DNA from: Octopus sinensis
Lineage: Eukaryota
Direction: 5' to 3'
DNA length: 64,000 nucleotides
Assembly: GCF_006345805.1 (NCBI RefSeq)
Contig: NC_043013.1
Location: 1,178,001-1,242,000, forward strand
Shown: in pieces, positions 10,675 to 23,600 of the stretch
Numbering within the stretch: position 1 is the stretch's first letter
Layout of the letters: each line of letters starts with the position of its first letter
Program-made: the position numbers and the translations under genes
The notes under the pieces: model-generated
What the model saw: the letters and a program-made list of their open reading frames with translations, nothing else
Told to the model about the DNA's origin: nothing
The model's database searches: none

Positions 10675-12363
10675 ACAGAATAAAAATACTTAGAAGACCA
10701 GTTGGACATGCAAGGAATATAGTCTGTTGCCATAACAAGTTCCACCTCACACAATCCTTGCCACTACATGTTTAACCACTCAGAAGCATCTCACTATAAC
10801 AACACCATCTTAAAATTATTTGGACAGAGTGAAAAGAAAAAGAAAATAGCAGTACTGTCCAATAAATGTTCTGGGTCTATTGTGAAGGGATGCCTACGAC
10901 CAGAGTGAAAAGCAGTGGAACTGCAATTATTGTGTTCTGATTAATTCACAACTCTGACCACCACCACCACCACCACCACCAGCCAAATCTCCCTAAAGTT
11001 ATATCCAAACACCTTACAACAGGGACAGACACACATCAGATAATGCAATCCAGAGCATACTATACTTAACAAAAACAGATGGTCACAATTGGAGTGTCAT
11101 TGATCATAGATCTACTTAATCATAATCATCTTGGTATACATGAACCTCATACACAGATTACCATAGAGCACCCTAATGAAGTACAATTTCTATCAATTCA
11201 TGGTGATGATGGTGATAGAAACAAACCTATTCTGTAAAATACATAAAATTGAAGTGAAAAAATATATCACTTTTATCTATAAAATGATCTTATTTATTTC
11301 TTGTTTTTTAATGAGTCAGTTTAGTGCAGAGGTTCACTCATTCACAGCAATGTGTAAAACAAAATAATATTCGAGTTATTAGTTAAAAGTCCATGACTTT
11401 GCACACCCTGAAAAACTGGTGCTGAGTGGGATGTCAAAGCTGTACATCAAGGCACCATTTTATCTAAATATTTGGCACTATCATTTGCAAACCTGTGAGA
11501 GAGGGCCTCTATATGGTTGTTCAACCTGCTAGAAGTTGCAACCAGATTTCCCTTGAATCACACCAGCTTAAAAGATGGATATGGTGGAGACCCTACTCTG
11601 GACTAGACTACATTTTGAGAGAGAGAGAGATTGCTGGAAAGCCTTTATGGTTGATATGGGGTCTCATCAACATGGCTGACCTGCACCTTTTTCTAGTAAA
11701 ACCTGTCTAATCTCCATTTGATATTGTGTAAATTAAGCCTATTTTTTAACACAGAAAATACATTGATGGTGGTGGTTGTTTAAGCCACTTTAGCCGGATT
11801 AAGCAGATTTATGATCAAAGGAATTCTAACCATGATGGTCTTTTAAGTATTGTATGTTTTTGTGGTAGTGATGGAGAGGAAAGGTCATAGGACATATCAA
11901 TTGGTTCCCCTTTTTTGTTTTTTTTTTCTATTTATTTATTTCTCAGGAATAGATATTAAATTCTGAATAATTCAGTGTAATTCCCCAAAAAATAATTGAC
12001 CATGGGAGGTACACAATAAGCACTGGGATATCTACAGTTGCTCCATTAATAATGGAGAACTGAATAAGATTACGTTAAAACTAGATGCATTAAAATATCA
12101 AGAAAGAATGAGATGGATGCCCTGCTTTATTAAGGTTTCTACAGCTGGATGGGTTTCCTGATGCCAACCACTCTGAAAGTGTAGTGAGAGTTATTTATGT
12201 GCCACTGGCATGGATGCCATTGATCTGACACTGGCATCAACTGCAGCTACAGCTTCACTTGGCTTAACTGATCTACACAAGCATGGTACATCACCAAGAA
12301 CAAAAATTATACTTTCGTATAAGAATGAAAGATTTAAAATGAAAAGGGTTCTTTGGATCTTAC

Positions 12364-12423
12364 CTGTGGGGATGATGCCGGCATCATCAGTTTCAACAGC
12401 AATTTTTGAGCTTGATCGCGAAC
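12364..12423 (-). CDS. CLASP1: CLASP TOG1 exon (60 nt, phase 0/0): VRDQAQKLLLKLMMPASSPQ
   Basis: Acceptor atttcaacAG, donor GTAAGA. Matches VREQDQTLLLKIMDQAANPQ. Confidence 0.95.
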
Positions 12424-12507
12424 CTGTTGAAATAAATTCATTCAGATTTATAGTAACAGATAATTACAAACAGAATACAAAGTTAAAAGTGGTGGGGGGC
12501 TGATTGT

Positions 12508-12729
12508 TTAACCCTTTCATTACTGTATTTATTTTGAGATGTTATGTGTTTCTTTCAATTACTTGAAATATAACAAAGAATTTAGTAAAGTAATTTAGTT
12601 ACCATTCAGCTAGTGTTAGGAACATAAATAGTGATTAAGGTTTGGTGGAAGATTTTAATTCAAAACTTATGAAAACCAGACATTTGTAGTCAGAGTCAGT
12701 TTCAGCCGGATTGGTAACAAAAGGGTTAA
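12508..12729. mobile_element. piggyBac-like MITE family 1
   Basis: TTAACCCTTTCATTAC...GGTAACAAAAGGGTTAA with TTAA at both ends. Confidence 0.85.
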
Positions 12730-12837
12730 AAAGATAAGGCTATTTAATGCATTCAAAGAACTGACCCTATTGGTTTTGAGAGAAGGTATTATTCAGTTTT
12801 AATTTCTGTATCAAGACCACAAACAGGTTTTATAATA

Positions 12838-13012
12838 TTGGCTTTAAATTTTGGTACAAGGCCAGCAATTTTTGGGGAAGGGGTTAAGTCAACTGTCTGA
12901 GAGGATGAAGGCAAAGTCGACCTCAGCAGAATTTGAACTCAGAATGTGAAGATGGACGAAATGCAGTTAAGCATTTTGTCCAGCATGCTAATGATTCCGC
13001 CAGCTCACCACC
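12838..13012 (-). mobile_element. SINE family C
   Basis: GGCAAAGTCGACCTCAGCAGAATTTGAACTCAGAA shared with the 6110 copy. Confidence 0.65.
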
Positions 13013-13249
13013 CTAGCTCTTCTAATATTAACTACTGGTTGTAAGGACATCGTAGCACAAAAATAGATGCATTAACAACTTATGCACAAAATGCTAACAA
13101 CAAAACTACTACATTACAACCAGTTTAACAAAAAAAAAAAAAAGTTATCTTTATTGACGCTAGCTTGGATAGCTTACAAGTCTGCAGAATAACATTTCTC
13201 AGTGGAGTTTTTTTTTTTTTTTCTATCTCATCATCTGTATTTTTCCATC

Positions 13250-13990
13250 TTGATTATATCTCTACCTTGATAACTAATGATATTAGCATGAAATATTCCT
13301 GGCAAAAGATGGTCATTTCTACTGTGCCTTCTTTGGATTTCTGCCAATCAAAGAAATCTATAGCCACAACACTTCTGTTAACTCCTCTGTTCCTTCCAGT
13401 CAATAACAAATAATTTTGAGCTGCTTCCAAAGATTGTGAAAGATCAATCAGAGACAGCAGAAGCAAGACTTCTTTAAATAACATTATATCTTTCACAGCC
13501 TTTAACAAGATATCAAGTTGTTCTGCAGTTTTCTATCTTTTAGTTTTAAACAACAAACATTTTTTGATCTGACATGTGCTAATCCCAGAAGTAGAACACA
13601 TAAAGTGCAGGAAAGGAAAAAAGAGAAAACACGCTATTTATTAATCATGAACATTCCTTTCCAAAATATTTTCACACATCACAAGACTTTGTCCAAATCC
13701 CTGCACCAGAATGAACTGCACAAAAAGAAACTCAAGGGTCATACAGTGATGTTAAAAGCAAATATTAAGGTCCTTACCCAAAATCAGAGACAGTCCGTCT
13801 ACCCAATTTTTGTTTGACCCAAGGCAAAAGTAGAACACAATGAGCTGCACAATGCAGTTAACCCCAGACCCATGGAATTGTGAAGTGAACATGTTAACGA
13901 CAGTCAGGTCTTTTTCTCTTATACTACAACAAGCAACGGTCCAAAGGACACACAGTTTTACCACTTGTTTTCTTGTGACTGAGTTCACAC
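13250..13990 (-). mobile_element. Possible highly decayed CR1/L2-like LINE remnant
   Basis: Broken frames with REKDLTVV (cf. EKDLGV) and SLEAAQ (cf. LEXVQ). Weak match. Confidence 0.3.
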
Positions 13991-14856
13991 TCACACTACC
14001 TCATAATTCTATCTCAAAAATGAATTATAAGTCATGAATACCACAACACTACAAATTCTGCTGAAGTCGTTATAGAAATGAAGGTTGTTGTTTGTTTTGT
14101 TTCTTTATTTACTTTGACTCTTCTTATTCATCGTCATTATCCTTTAACATCCATTTTCCATGCTGGCATGGGTGGGATGGCTTGACAGGAACTGGCCAGG
14201 CGGAAGACTATACCAAACTCTACTCTGTCTGCTTTAGCATGGTTTTCACAGTTGGATGCCGTTCCAAATGCCAACAACTTTGCACTTTTATTGGCTTCAG
14301 TTATTGAAATACAATCATACTGCGACTCTGCCTTCAAGAGTTTAGTCAAGCATATCAAATACCAGCACATATTTCAGTCTGGTACAGGTTTCATTGATTT
14401 CTTCTTGCAGAACCACAAAGTTACAAGGCATTAAGGAATACACCAAACACAACAAGTCTTCAGAGAGACTTCTGCACAATTTTTGTCAACCAAATTCTAC
14501 TCACAAGGTATTGATGATCAATCCAAGAAAATAGCTGTCAATGGTGCTGTACAACCCCAAAAATTATCACCCATGTCTGATCAATTTCGTTTCTGGAAAA
14601 AAATTTTTTTTTCTTTTTCTTTTTTTATTTATAGTTTACTACTTAGCAATTCAATTTTTTGTTTGTCCTTACTTTCTCTCTATGATATTACTTATCAAAT
14701 CTGCACGACATCATGATTTGAAATCAGAATCAGGTTATCAATTTAAAAACTTCTCTGTTCTATGATGCGAATGTCATAAACTACATTTCAAAGACGGAGA
14801 GACACAGAAAGTGTATGAACATCAAGAAATTCTTAGAAATAAAACTTGTTACTCAC

Positions 14857-14900
14857 TTGGTCTTTAGCATCCCCTAACCTGTCCACAACAGCAGGAAGGA
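14857..14900 (-). CDS. CLASP1: CLASP TOG1 exon (44 nt, phase 1/0): (V)LPAVVDRLGDAKDQ
   Basis: Acceptor ttttccttccAG, donor GTGAGT. Near-identical to CLASP VLPSLIDRLGDAKDS. Confidence 0.95.
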
Positions 14901-16646
14901 CTGGAAGGAAAAAGATAATTTTTAAATTATGTAGACACTTAAATAAACCAAACTAAAGCAACCAAGACAAATGAAATTAAAAAATACTGGATGACATTTT
15001 AGTCTGAAATTTGAAAATAGATTTTTGAAAGAAACGATAATTCTCAGAGTCGTGTGGAAATATATTAAAACGGAAAAAAAAAAAAAGAAAGAAAATTTGA
15101 AATAAATACTAAATATCATTACAGTACAGTTAGGAGGTCTTCTGTTTAGGTCATAAAATAGCCTCATATTTTAAAGGGAATTACACATCATCCTTCTGCA
15201 TTGACTTTACTTGATAAACCTTTGCAAAGAGCTTTATTATAGAGGAAATAGACATTTTTTTTTGTTTATGGAAGAAGAAACTGAATTCTTCTCATCTGAT
15301 CTCAATAAATGAAAGATTATTTGGCATGTTTGATGCCCTACACCACCATTGACAGTGCATTCTATTGCACAGATGTTACATCATCACAGACATACTTGCA
15401 TGGATCAGACAGAATTCATTAAAGCACTTTTCCACAGCCAAATGCTCTTAGTCACTAACCCTAATGATGTGAAAATTCCTTCCTTTCTTGAGGAGGGATA
15501 AAAACATCCAGAAAATCTGTTTATGTTAAATAGTTTACAGCTAGTTGCCTTCCCAACAATCTGAAAGAGGATGGTACAAGAAACCATTCAATGAATTGGT
15601 TTCCACCAATTTACTCTTACTGGTAATGTGTCTCAGCTAAGAAATCAATAATCAATCCAGTACACCCATCAACAAACCACAGGTAAAATGAAACTTCTCA
15701 GAGACCCAATGATATATTCCTCATCTGACTAAGCCACAAATAGTTTTGAAAAATAGCAACACAGACAAGTGAATATTAAAAACAAAAATGGGCAAAACAC
15801 CAAAAAGAAGAAAAAAAAGATGCAGGTGTGGGTATGTGGTTAAGAAGCTTGCTTCTTCACTGTGTGGTCTTGGGTTCAGCCACACTGTACAGATTCTTAG
15901 ACGTGTGTTGTATTATAATTCCAGGCCAATTTAAGCCGTGTGAGTGGATTTCGTTGACAGAAAATGAAAGAGGCCTATCATGTGTGCGTGCGTGTGCGCG
16001 TGCACCCTTGTCTAGAGATCATGTATGTGATGGTTGTAAATGAGCATCATTGTCATACGATGGGAAGGGCATCCAGCTGTCTGCCTCAACAAATTCCACC
16101 TGACCCATGCAAGCATCGAAAAGTAGGTATTAACTGATGATGATGATGATAATGAATGCCCTAGGTTAACTGGTCAAACAAAGGTATGATGAAAAGCATT
16201 TCAACTAAGACTACCCTAACCTTTTGTATTATCCAATGTATCCATTATTAAACATGGTAGGGTGTGATTTGAGGGACAATTGGTTGCTATTTCTAACAGG
16301 TTGAGTAACTCGTGCAATCTCTTTTGTTAGGATATGTTATGATTTGATTTTCCTATGATAGCAAAGATAGGTTCAACAAGCCTATCTACTGTTTCATTTT
16401 ATTGAATATATAAAAATTGAAGTCTAAATACATCTTCATTTCAAGATGATTTCAGACAAAAGTTAATATTTACATTCTTCAATTTTTACATCCATTTTTT
16501 AAAGATAAATTGAATTGCAGAGGGACTTTTTTGGGAAACTATATTTTATGATTGAACTTTGTTTGGTAAAGTTCATCAAAAACTTTAATTTAACATTAGA
16601 AAATAAAAAAAGAGTCAAGATTCTTAAAATCACCAAAATCAATAGT

Positions 16647-16945
16647 AACAAGAGTACTTAGAGAGCACAAACCTCCGCCAAGGCAACCTCAATGCCCTCT
16701 CAATAATTGGTCGGAGATAATTTTCAAAATGAGAATATCTGAAATAAACTGAACTGCTCTCGCAAATGAGAATACTAAAAATGAACCCGACTGCTCTCAA
16801 AAATTAAGTAAAAAAGCAAGAGAAATAATCCAGAATCCTTGTCCGGTACCAGATCGATCCCAAAATCTAATCAGTTCATGCCAAATATCCCTGAAAGTTT
16901 CATCTGAATCTATCCAGTGATTGTTGAGATATCTTGTCCAGGGAC
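16647..16945. mobile_element. Non-autonomous Helentron/HINE-like element
   Basis: Starts AACAAGAGTACTTAGAGAGCACAAACCTCCGCCAAGGC and has a later AAAGTTTCATCTGAATC motif. Recalled resemblance to molluscan HINEs. Confidence 0.45.
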
Positions 16946-17059
16946 AAAGAGAAAGAGAAAGAAGGGGGAGGGGGAATGAAATAAAGCTAAAATAATATAA
17001 AAATAGTAATTGAGAACAAAGAGGGAAGGAAAGTTAAGTACATCAAGAATAAAGAAATG

Positions 17060-17272
17060 GATATGTGTTTGTCCCCCCAACATCGCTTGACAACCGATGC
17101 TGGTGTGCTTACGCCTCCGTAACTTAGCGGTTCGGCAAAAGAGACCGATAGAATAAGTATTAGGCTTACAAAGAATAAGTCCTGGGGTCGATTCCCTCGA
17201 CTAAAGGCGGTGGCCTAGCATGGCTGCAGTCAAGTGACTTGAAACAAGTAAAAGAATAAAAGAGAATGAAAG
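17060..17272 (+). mobile_element. SINE family A 3' module
   Basis: CATCGCTTGACAACCGATGCTGG...CAGTCAAGTGACTTGAAACAAGTAAAAG. Confidence 0.8.
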
Positions 17273-17660
17273 AACACATTTTTTCAAATACACACACACA
17301 CACACACACACACAGGTATGGAGATAATTTATTCTCAATCGCAGAATAATGCATGAACAGTTTGAATAGGATATTATCCTTATATTGCAAAAAATTTGTC
17401 AGCAGCCAGCCATGAGACTCAAACTTACATCTGTGATTACTGATCAAATGCTTTACCATTAAGCTAAACTACCCACTCACAAATTCTTCTTCAATTTTTG
17501 AACTTATAAACCTCTTCCTACAAAGCAAACTTTGTTTACATATATCACAATTTATGTGTGAGTCATCTAAGAGACCACAAATCAGGGAAAAGATAACTGT
17601 CAGTAGAGTGGGTATATTATCTGAAATGTATAGTATTAAATATCTATCACGATTGGTCTA

Positions 17661-17806
17661 ACCGATCGGTTTCGCGTAAAAAATACAATGGAGTGTTAGA
17701 TAAGCCGATTATATAAGTTTACACTCAGAGTTAGCCGATACGGAAGGGAATAGAATCAGTTTATTACCTAACACTCCATGGTATTCTTTACAGGAAACCG
17801 ATTGGT
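17661..17806. repeat. Short inverted repeat (39-bp arms, 34/39 match)
   Basis: 17661-17699 vs 17768-17806. Confidence 0.8.
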
Positions 17807-17959
17807 AAGTAGCTTGCTCCCCAACCCCATGGTTCCGGGTTCAGTCCCACTGCATGGCACCTTGGGCAAGTGTCTTCTACTATAGCCTCGGGCCAACCAA
17901 AGCCTTGTGAGTGGATTTGCTAGACGGAAACTGAAAGAAGCCCGTCGTGTGTATATATA

Positions 17960-18003
<44 letters not shown>

Positions 18004-18165
18004 TGTGTGTATGTGCCTGTTGGTGTGTTTACATCTCCGTAACCTAATGGTTCATCAAAAGTACTAGACTTACAAAGAATAAGTCCTGGCATCGATTTGC
18101 TCAACTAAAGGCAGTGCTCCAGCATGGCTGCAGTCAAATGACTGAAACAAGTAAAACAATAAAAG
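17800..18165 (+). mobile_element. SINE family A with internal (TA)n
   Basis: GGTTCCGGGTTCAGTCCCACTG...GGCAAGTGTCTTCTACTATAGCCTCGGGCC...GAAAGAAGCCCGTCG, then (TA)n, then the 3' module. Confidence 0.85.
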
Positions 18166-18564
18166 AATATAATGTATATATATATATATTGAGTTAGTCA
18201 TGGCCTGGGCCAATAAGGGCAGAAACCAATCTAAATTGTGTAACTTATGACAGGCTTCTTTCAGTTTCTGTCTACCAAATCCACTCACAAGGCTTTGGTC
18301 GGATGAAGTCCATAGTAGAAGACACTTGTCCAAGGTGCCACACAGTGGGACTGAACTCAGAACCATGAAGTTGGGAAGCAAGCTTCTTACCACACAGCCA
18401 CATAGAATTTAGATGATTACTTCAATGTACTTACCAAAAAATTTTCAAAGTCTTTTAGAACAAAATTTAAAGAAGCTACTGATGTTGGAAAACTTTCAGG
18501 ATATACAGGACATGTACTTCAATGTTTTAAGAAGTTTATTCTATTTTTCAGTACATTCTAAATA

Positions 18565-19104
18565 TGAGGGTGAGTCAAAAAGTAATGGCATTTTGTTTAG
18601 GACAGGTAAAATTACCAACACAGGAACATGTATCATTCATCAAAATGAAGCTGCTCATCTGTGAATCACATCCCTACTTCTCAACATAGTCACTGTTTCT
18701 CTCAATAGCAATGTTTCACCTTCAAATGAGAGCATGTATCCCTGCCCCGTAAAATTCTGTTGACTGTTCTTCTTCACTACAGTTTTCACTTCCTCGTCTC
18801 TGGACTATCATCTCTTCAGCCCCATGAAAGAGGGTTTGAGAGGCAAACATTCCAGTGACGAGGAAGTGAAAACTGTAGTGAAGAAGTGGCTCAAAGAACA
18901 GTCAACAGAATTTTACAGGACAGGGATAAATGCTCTCATTCGAAGGAGGAACATTGCTATTGAGAGAAACGGTGACTATGTTGAGAAGTAGAGATGTGAT
19001 GCACAGAGGACCAGCTTCATTTTGATGTATGATACATGTTCCTGTGTTGGTAATTTTACCTGTCCTAAACAAAATGGCATCACTTTTTCACTCACTCACC
19101 CTCA
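18565..19104. mobile_element. Palindromic mariner derivative (two transposon 3' ends head to head)
   Basis: TA|TGAGGGTGAGTCAAAAAG ... CTCACCCTCA|TA with about 235-bp arms. Right arm encodes the mariner C-terminus SSDEEVKTVVKKWLKEQSTEFYRTGINALIRRRNIAIERNGDYVEK-stop. Confidence 0.9.
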
Positions 19105-19334
19105 TACTTTATTATATTACCATCCTCCTAATGTGAAAAAGACAGCAAAGCACTGAGTGCTTCCAATCTGTAACTGTTTACCGTGTGTTCCTGCATACAA
19201 GCTGAATTTTTCAGACTGAAATTTACAGCCAAAACAGTTGACTGGAGGACCAAAAAATTCCATGTGAAAGGTAGCAAAATTTGGGAAGATAGTGGCCATC
19301 TTTGAATGTTTACATTATAAACAACAACTTGTAT

Positions 19335-19655
19335 GCTGGAAAATATGGGTCTCATAGAGGCAAAGTGGCTGAGTTCCTTTCGAGTGTTGGGCCAAATGGG
19401 GGTAAGGTGACTGAGTTCCTTTCAAGTGTTGGGCCTCACAGAGGCAATGACCAAGACCTGTGCTTGAGAAGAAGACCCATCAAGCCAAGCAAAACTGCAG
19501 TCATGGCAGATACTGGTGTCATGCAAATGGCACCCATACCAGTGACATGTAAACGCATAGATTACACTCTCAGAGTGGTTGGCATTAGGAAGGGCATGCA
19601 GCCATAGAAAACCATGCCAAATCAGACCCATGCCAGCATGGACAATGGTCGTTAA

Positions 19656-19686
<31 letters not shown>
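19335..19686 (+). mobile_element. RTE LINE 3' end with (GAT)n tail
   Basis: GTGTTGGGCCTCACAGAGGCAATGACCAAGACC...GTTAAATGATGATGAT. Homologous to 29770-30175. Confidence 0.75.
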
Positions 19687-20504
19687 CTAGGCAAATATTG
19701 TTTTGATATTTGCATATACTATGATTTTAATTATGTAGATTTGTATTCTGATATTCCTAACCTTTACTTAGACACATGTCTATTGACTTGAGAGGTTTTC
19801 TTTTCCCCCCTTTCATTTTCATATTCGACAGTACATATTTTACATTATCAAGCTGTTAGATAAAGTGAAAGAATTTAAATAGCTGAAGTTAGTAATTAAA
19901 ACAACAAATCTCATCTGGAAGTAAAACACTGAAATATGCTAAAAGGAATGATTAACAAATATCTTAGAAATGTAAAGAACTACAACATTGCAAATTATCT
20001 GACAACTTTTAAAAACTACATAATTGTTTATGTGTAATTACTTTCTATGGTTTTTACGAATACAACAGACCTAAACATTTCAAAGTAAATCAACTAATTA
20101 AAATGTGATATATTGTGCTAATTGATTACCGTCACAAAGACACACTACATTTAACACTCGAGTTATCAAGGGCATCTCATATTTTCTGTCTCCTATCAAA
20201 TAAAGAAACATATTTAGCTTAATAAGTGTAATGGTTCACTTAATTGCCAATTAATTAATATCCAAATCATAGTTTAAATGCAATTCAGAATGCTAAAGAA
20301 TCAAAGAATTTTTATTTTTATTTTACTGGACTTTTTCTTTTTCTAATAATTTACTTGAATAAATTATCCACTAAAACTGTACAAAATATTGAACAATCAA
20401 CCAAATCCCAGTGTTGCAAAACCAATGTGTGAATACCAATAGATTTCAAGGTTAGGCAATGTTACTTATCTTTTATCTATTATTTTAGTCGTTTGACTGT
20501 GGCC

Positions 20505-20815
20505 AAGCTGGGGCACTGCCCTGAAGAATTTAATGGGGGGCGGAGAAAGAATGAACCTCAGTACTTCTTTTTTTTTTTTTTTAAAGCCGGATCTCTTTTT
20601 GACAAACCACTAAGTTACAGGGACATGAACAATCGCTGGCTGTCAAGCAATGGTGAGGGACAAACAGACATCACACAAACACACGGAGGCTTTCTTCAGT
20701 TTTCCCTCAACCAATTCTTTTTACAAGGCTTTGGTCGATCCAGGGCTATAGTATAAGACACTTACCCAAGGTGCTGTGCAGTGGAACTGAACCCAGAGCC
20801 ATGTGGTTAGGAACC
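20505..20815 (-). mobile_element. SINE family A
   Basis: Reverse complement of the family A head and tail modules. Confidence 0.7.
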
Positions 20816-21274
20816 AAAATTTAATTTAAATACTGTTTCCATATTATATACTAAACAAGAGAGAAGGACAAAAAACTAGCTGCTAAGTAGCTTATATGGT
20901 TACATTAAAAGGCAAAGTTGGCATTTCAAAGAAGTAGATACAATCTTGTTACGTCTTCTGAAAACTGAAACCTATCCTTTCTTTTCAAAACCATATCAAA
21001 TAATAAACAACAATTCACCAGGTATTATTCTAATTAAACAGTAATCATAGCTTTCTTCTCGGGTGGTTTTAATTTTGTTATTTTATTACCCGTAGCTACA
21101 AACTATAGCTCAAAATTCATCAAAATAAAGATCGGCAGAAGATAAATCCATTAAAAATGTCTTAAAAGAAATTGTCAAGATTACTTTCCACTTGATACAT
21201 TCCAGAAAAGCCTAATCTAGTCTTTTTTTTTTTCTTTTTTCTGGAATACAAAAATGTTTTTAAAAAAAACTTAC

Positions 21275-21353
21275 CTGTATTAACATAAGGTTTAAATTCT
21301 TCTCCCATTCGATCAACCATCAAACACAGCACTTCAAGACCATTCAAGGAAAT
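21275..21353 (-). CDS. CLASP1: CLASP TOG1 exon (79 nt, phase 0/1): ISLNGLEVLCLMVDRMGEEFKPYVNT
   Basis: Acceptor ttttatAG, donor GTAAG. Matches CLASP1 VVLLGMDILSALVTRLQDRFKAQIGT (recalled). Splices in frame to the next exon. Confidence 0.95.
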
Positions 21354-22589
21354 CTATAAAATAACACATGGTTACATTTTAAATCAACAAGTCAATTAGA
21401 ATAGCTTATCAATATTAATTTATTGAAATTATTTCGTATTATTTACAAATCTTAAATGTATCACTAATTTTCTTTAAGTTCCTACTAAAACAGTACTGGA
21501 GTTATTTGCCAAAGCAAAAAAATGAAATAAATGCAAGGAATTAGGAATGAGACATTTTATACTAAATATTATGGTTTCAAATTTTGGTACAAAGCCAGCA
21601 GATTTTGAGGGGAGGGGAAAGTTAATTACATAGACCCCCAGAAGTTCACTGGTAGTATTTTATCGAACCCAAAAGGGTGAAAGGTAAAGTCGATCTCAAT
21701 AGAATTTGAATGCAGAACATAAAGAGAAACGTAAAGACAGATAGAATGCCGCTAAGCATTTTGTCCAACCCATGCCAGCATGGAAAACGGATGTTAAACA
21801 ATGATGAGGATGATGATACTAACAGTTCTGCCAGCTCGCTCATACCAAATCTGAAATAATGGAAATAAATGCAGCATAGTGCAAGTACGGAGTGGTATGG
21901 TTAAGTGGTTGGGAAATTAATTTTCTAGTCATGTGGTTCCAGGCACAGTCCTGTTGCATCTCTACTATAGCCCAGGGCCAACAAAAGCCTTATGAATGCA
22001 CTGGTTGATGACAAGTGAAAGAAGCCTGCTGTGTGTGTGTGTGTGTCTCTCTCTCTCTCTCTATCTTGACATTGTATGACAGTTGTAAAGAAATGCCACT
22101 GACAAATGGTGCCATTTGTTTATAATCTGTCTTGGAAAAGATTACCATTCTTGGAGACAGGTAACTCTAGAAAGATCTGCCTCAATGTGTGTGTGTGTGT
22201 GCATATTTCAACAGCTTATTTGATTCAGGGTATTTTTAATTAAATTGTTTAACCCCTTTCTGTTGTTGGCATATTTTTAATGGAACGTGCAAATATGCTT
22301 TACAAATAATTTCAAAAACAATCAAGAATCAGGATTTATGAAAATGGCTTTTTCGTGTGTTTGGGACCTATTAACAGTGTTCTTTGATAAAATTATGATT
22401 CTGTTTAAGTAAGAACTCTTTAAAATGGGAAGTTCTGCATCAGTGAACCAAAGGTGTCTTAGGTGCATCATCATTTTAACATCCATGATTTCATGCGTGC
22501 ATAAGTCAGACAGAATTCACTGATGCAGATTTTTTACAGCTGCATGCCTTTCCAGTCACCAACCCTCACCTGTTGCCAAGCAAGGTAAT

Positions 22590-22980
22590 TTATTTATATA
22601 TATATATTCTTTTACTTATTTCAGTCATTTGACTGTGGCCATGCTAGAGCACTGCCTTTAGTTAAACAAATCGACTCCAAGACTTATTCTTTGTAAGTCT
22701 AGTATTTATTCTACCGGCCCCTTGCCAAACAGCCAAGTTATGGGGATGTAACCAACATCAGTTGTCAAGCGATGGTGGGGGGACAGACACACACATATAT
22801 ATATATATATATATACACACATACAAGCTTCTTCCAGTTTCAATCTACCAAATCCACTCATCAGGCTTTGGTCAGCTTGGGGCTATAGTAGAAGACACTC
22901 GCCCGAGGTGCCAGACAGTGGGACTGCACCTGGAACCATGTGGTTGGGAAGCAAACTTCTTACCAGACAGTCACCCCTGC
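22590..22980 (-). mobile_element. SINE family A
   Basis: TTTCAGTCATTTGACTGTGGCCATGCT...AAATCCACTCA...GGAACCATGTGGTTGGGAAGCAA. Confidence 0.8.
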
Positions 22981-23211
22981 ATCACATTTTCATCTTTACT
23001 AGTAGTACACATAACTCTAAAACATAAATAGTACAACCTTGGAATGAATTGTGGGGAGGGAGTATATTCCAATATCACAACATCAATATTAAGCAGATTG
23101 CATAGCTTCAAGGTTCTCATCAGTTTGCTTAATCTGTTGTTGTAATACTAAGACTATGTTATCTTTATAGCTTCCACAACATGTTTTAAACATACATGTC
23201 ATTCAGTGCGT

Positions 23212-23600
23212 ATCATCATCATCATTTAACGTCCGTTTTCCATGCTGGCATGGGTTGGACGGTTTGGCTGGGGTCTGGGAAGCCAGGAGGCTGCACCATG
23301 CTCCAATCTGATCTGGCAGTGTTTCTACAGCCAGATGCCCTTCCTAATGCCAACCACTCCAAGAATGTAGTGGGTGCTTTTTATGTGCCACCAGCACAGG
23401 GGCCAGAGGAGGGTGGCAATGACCATGATCAGTTGGTGCTTTTTATGTGCCACTGGCACGGAAGCCAGTCAAGGTGGTGCTGGCATCAGCCACGTTCGGA
23501 TGGTGCTTTATACAGGTCACCGGCACAGGGATCACAACTACAATTTCCATTTGATTTTGATGTACTTGATGCAAGGTACTTTTGAGTGGGCTGGTTATGC
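23212..23600 (-). mobile_element. RTE LINE 3' UTR fragment
   Basis: CATCATCATTTAACGTCCGTTTTCCATGCTGGCATGGG, followed by 2-3 degenerate ~60-bp units. Confidence 0.8.

Noticed and set aside
12860-12880. AATTTTTGG Sm-site-like motif as a possible snRNA
   Set aside because: It lies in the tail of SINE family C, which recurs at 21590 and 58340, and has no upstream snRNA structure.
13254-13508. 84-aa ORF followed by a minus-strand A-run, suggesting a retrocopy or extra CLASP exon
   Set aside because: No CLASP similarity and no recognisable parent gene. A weak LINE-like match is the better explanation.
4531-21353. Possible U12-type or non-canonical introns, or duplicated mutually exclusive exons
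   Set aside because: All six donors are GTAAG or GTGAG and all acceptors are YAG. No duplicate exon copies were seen.
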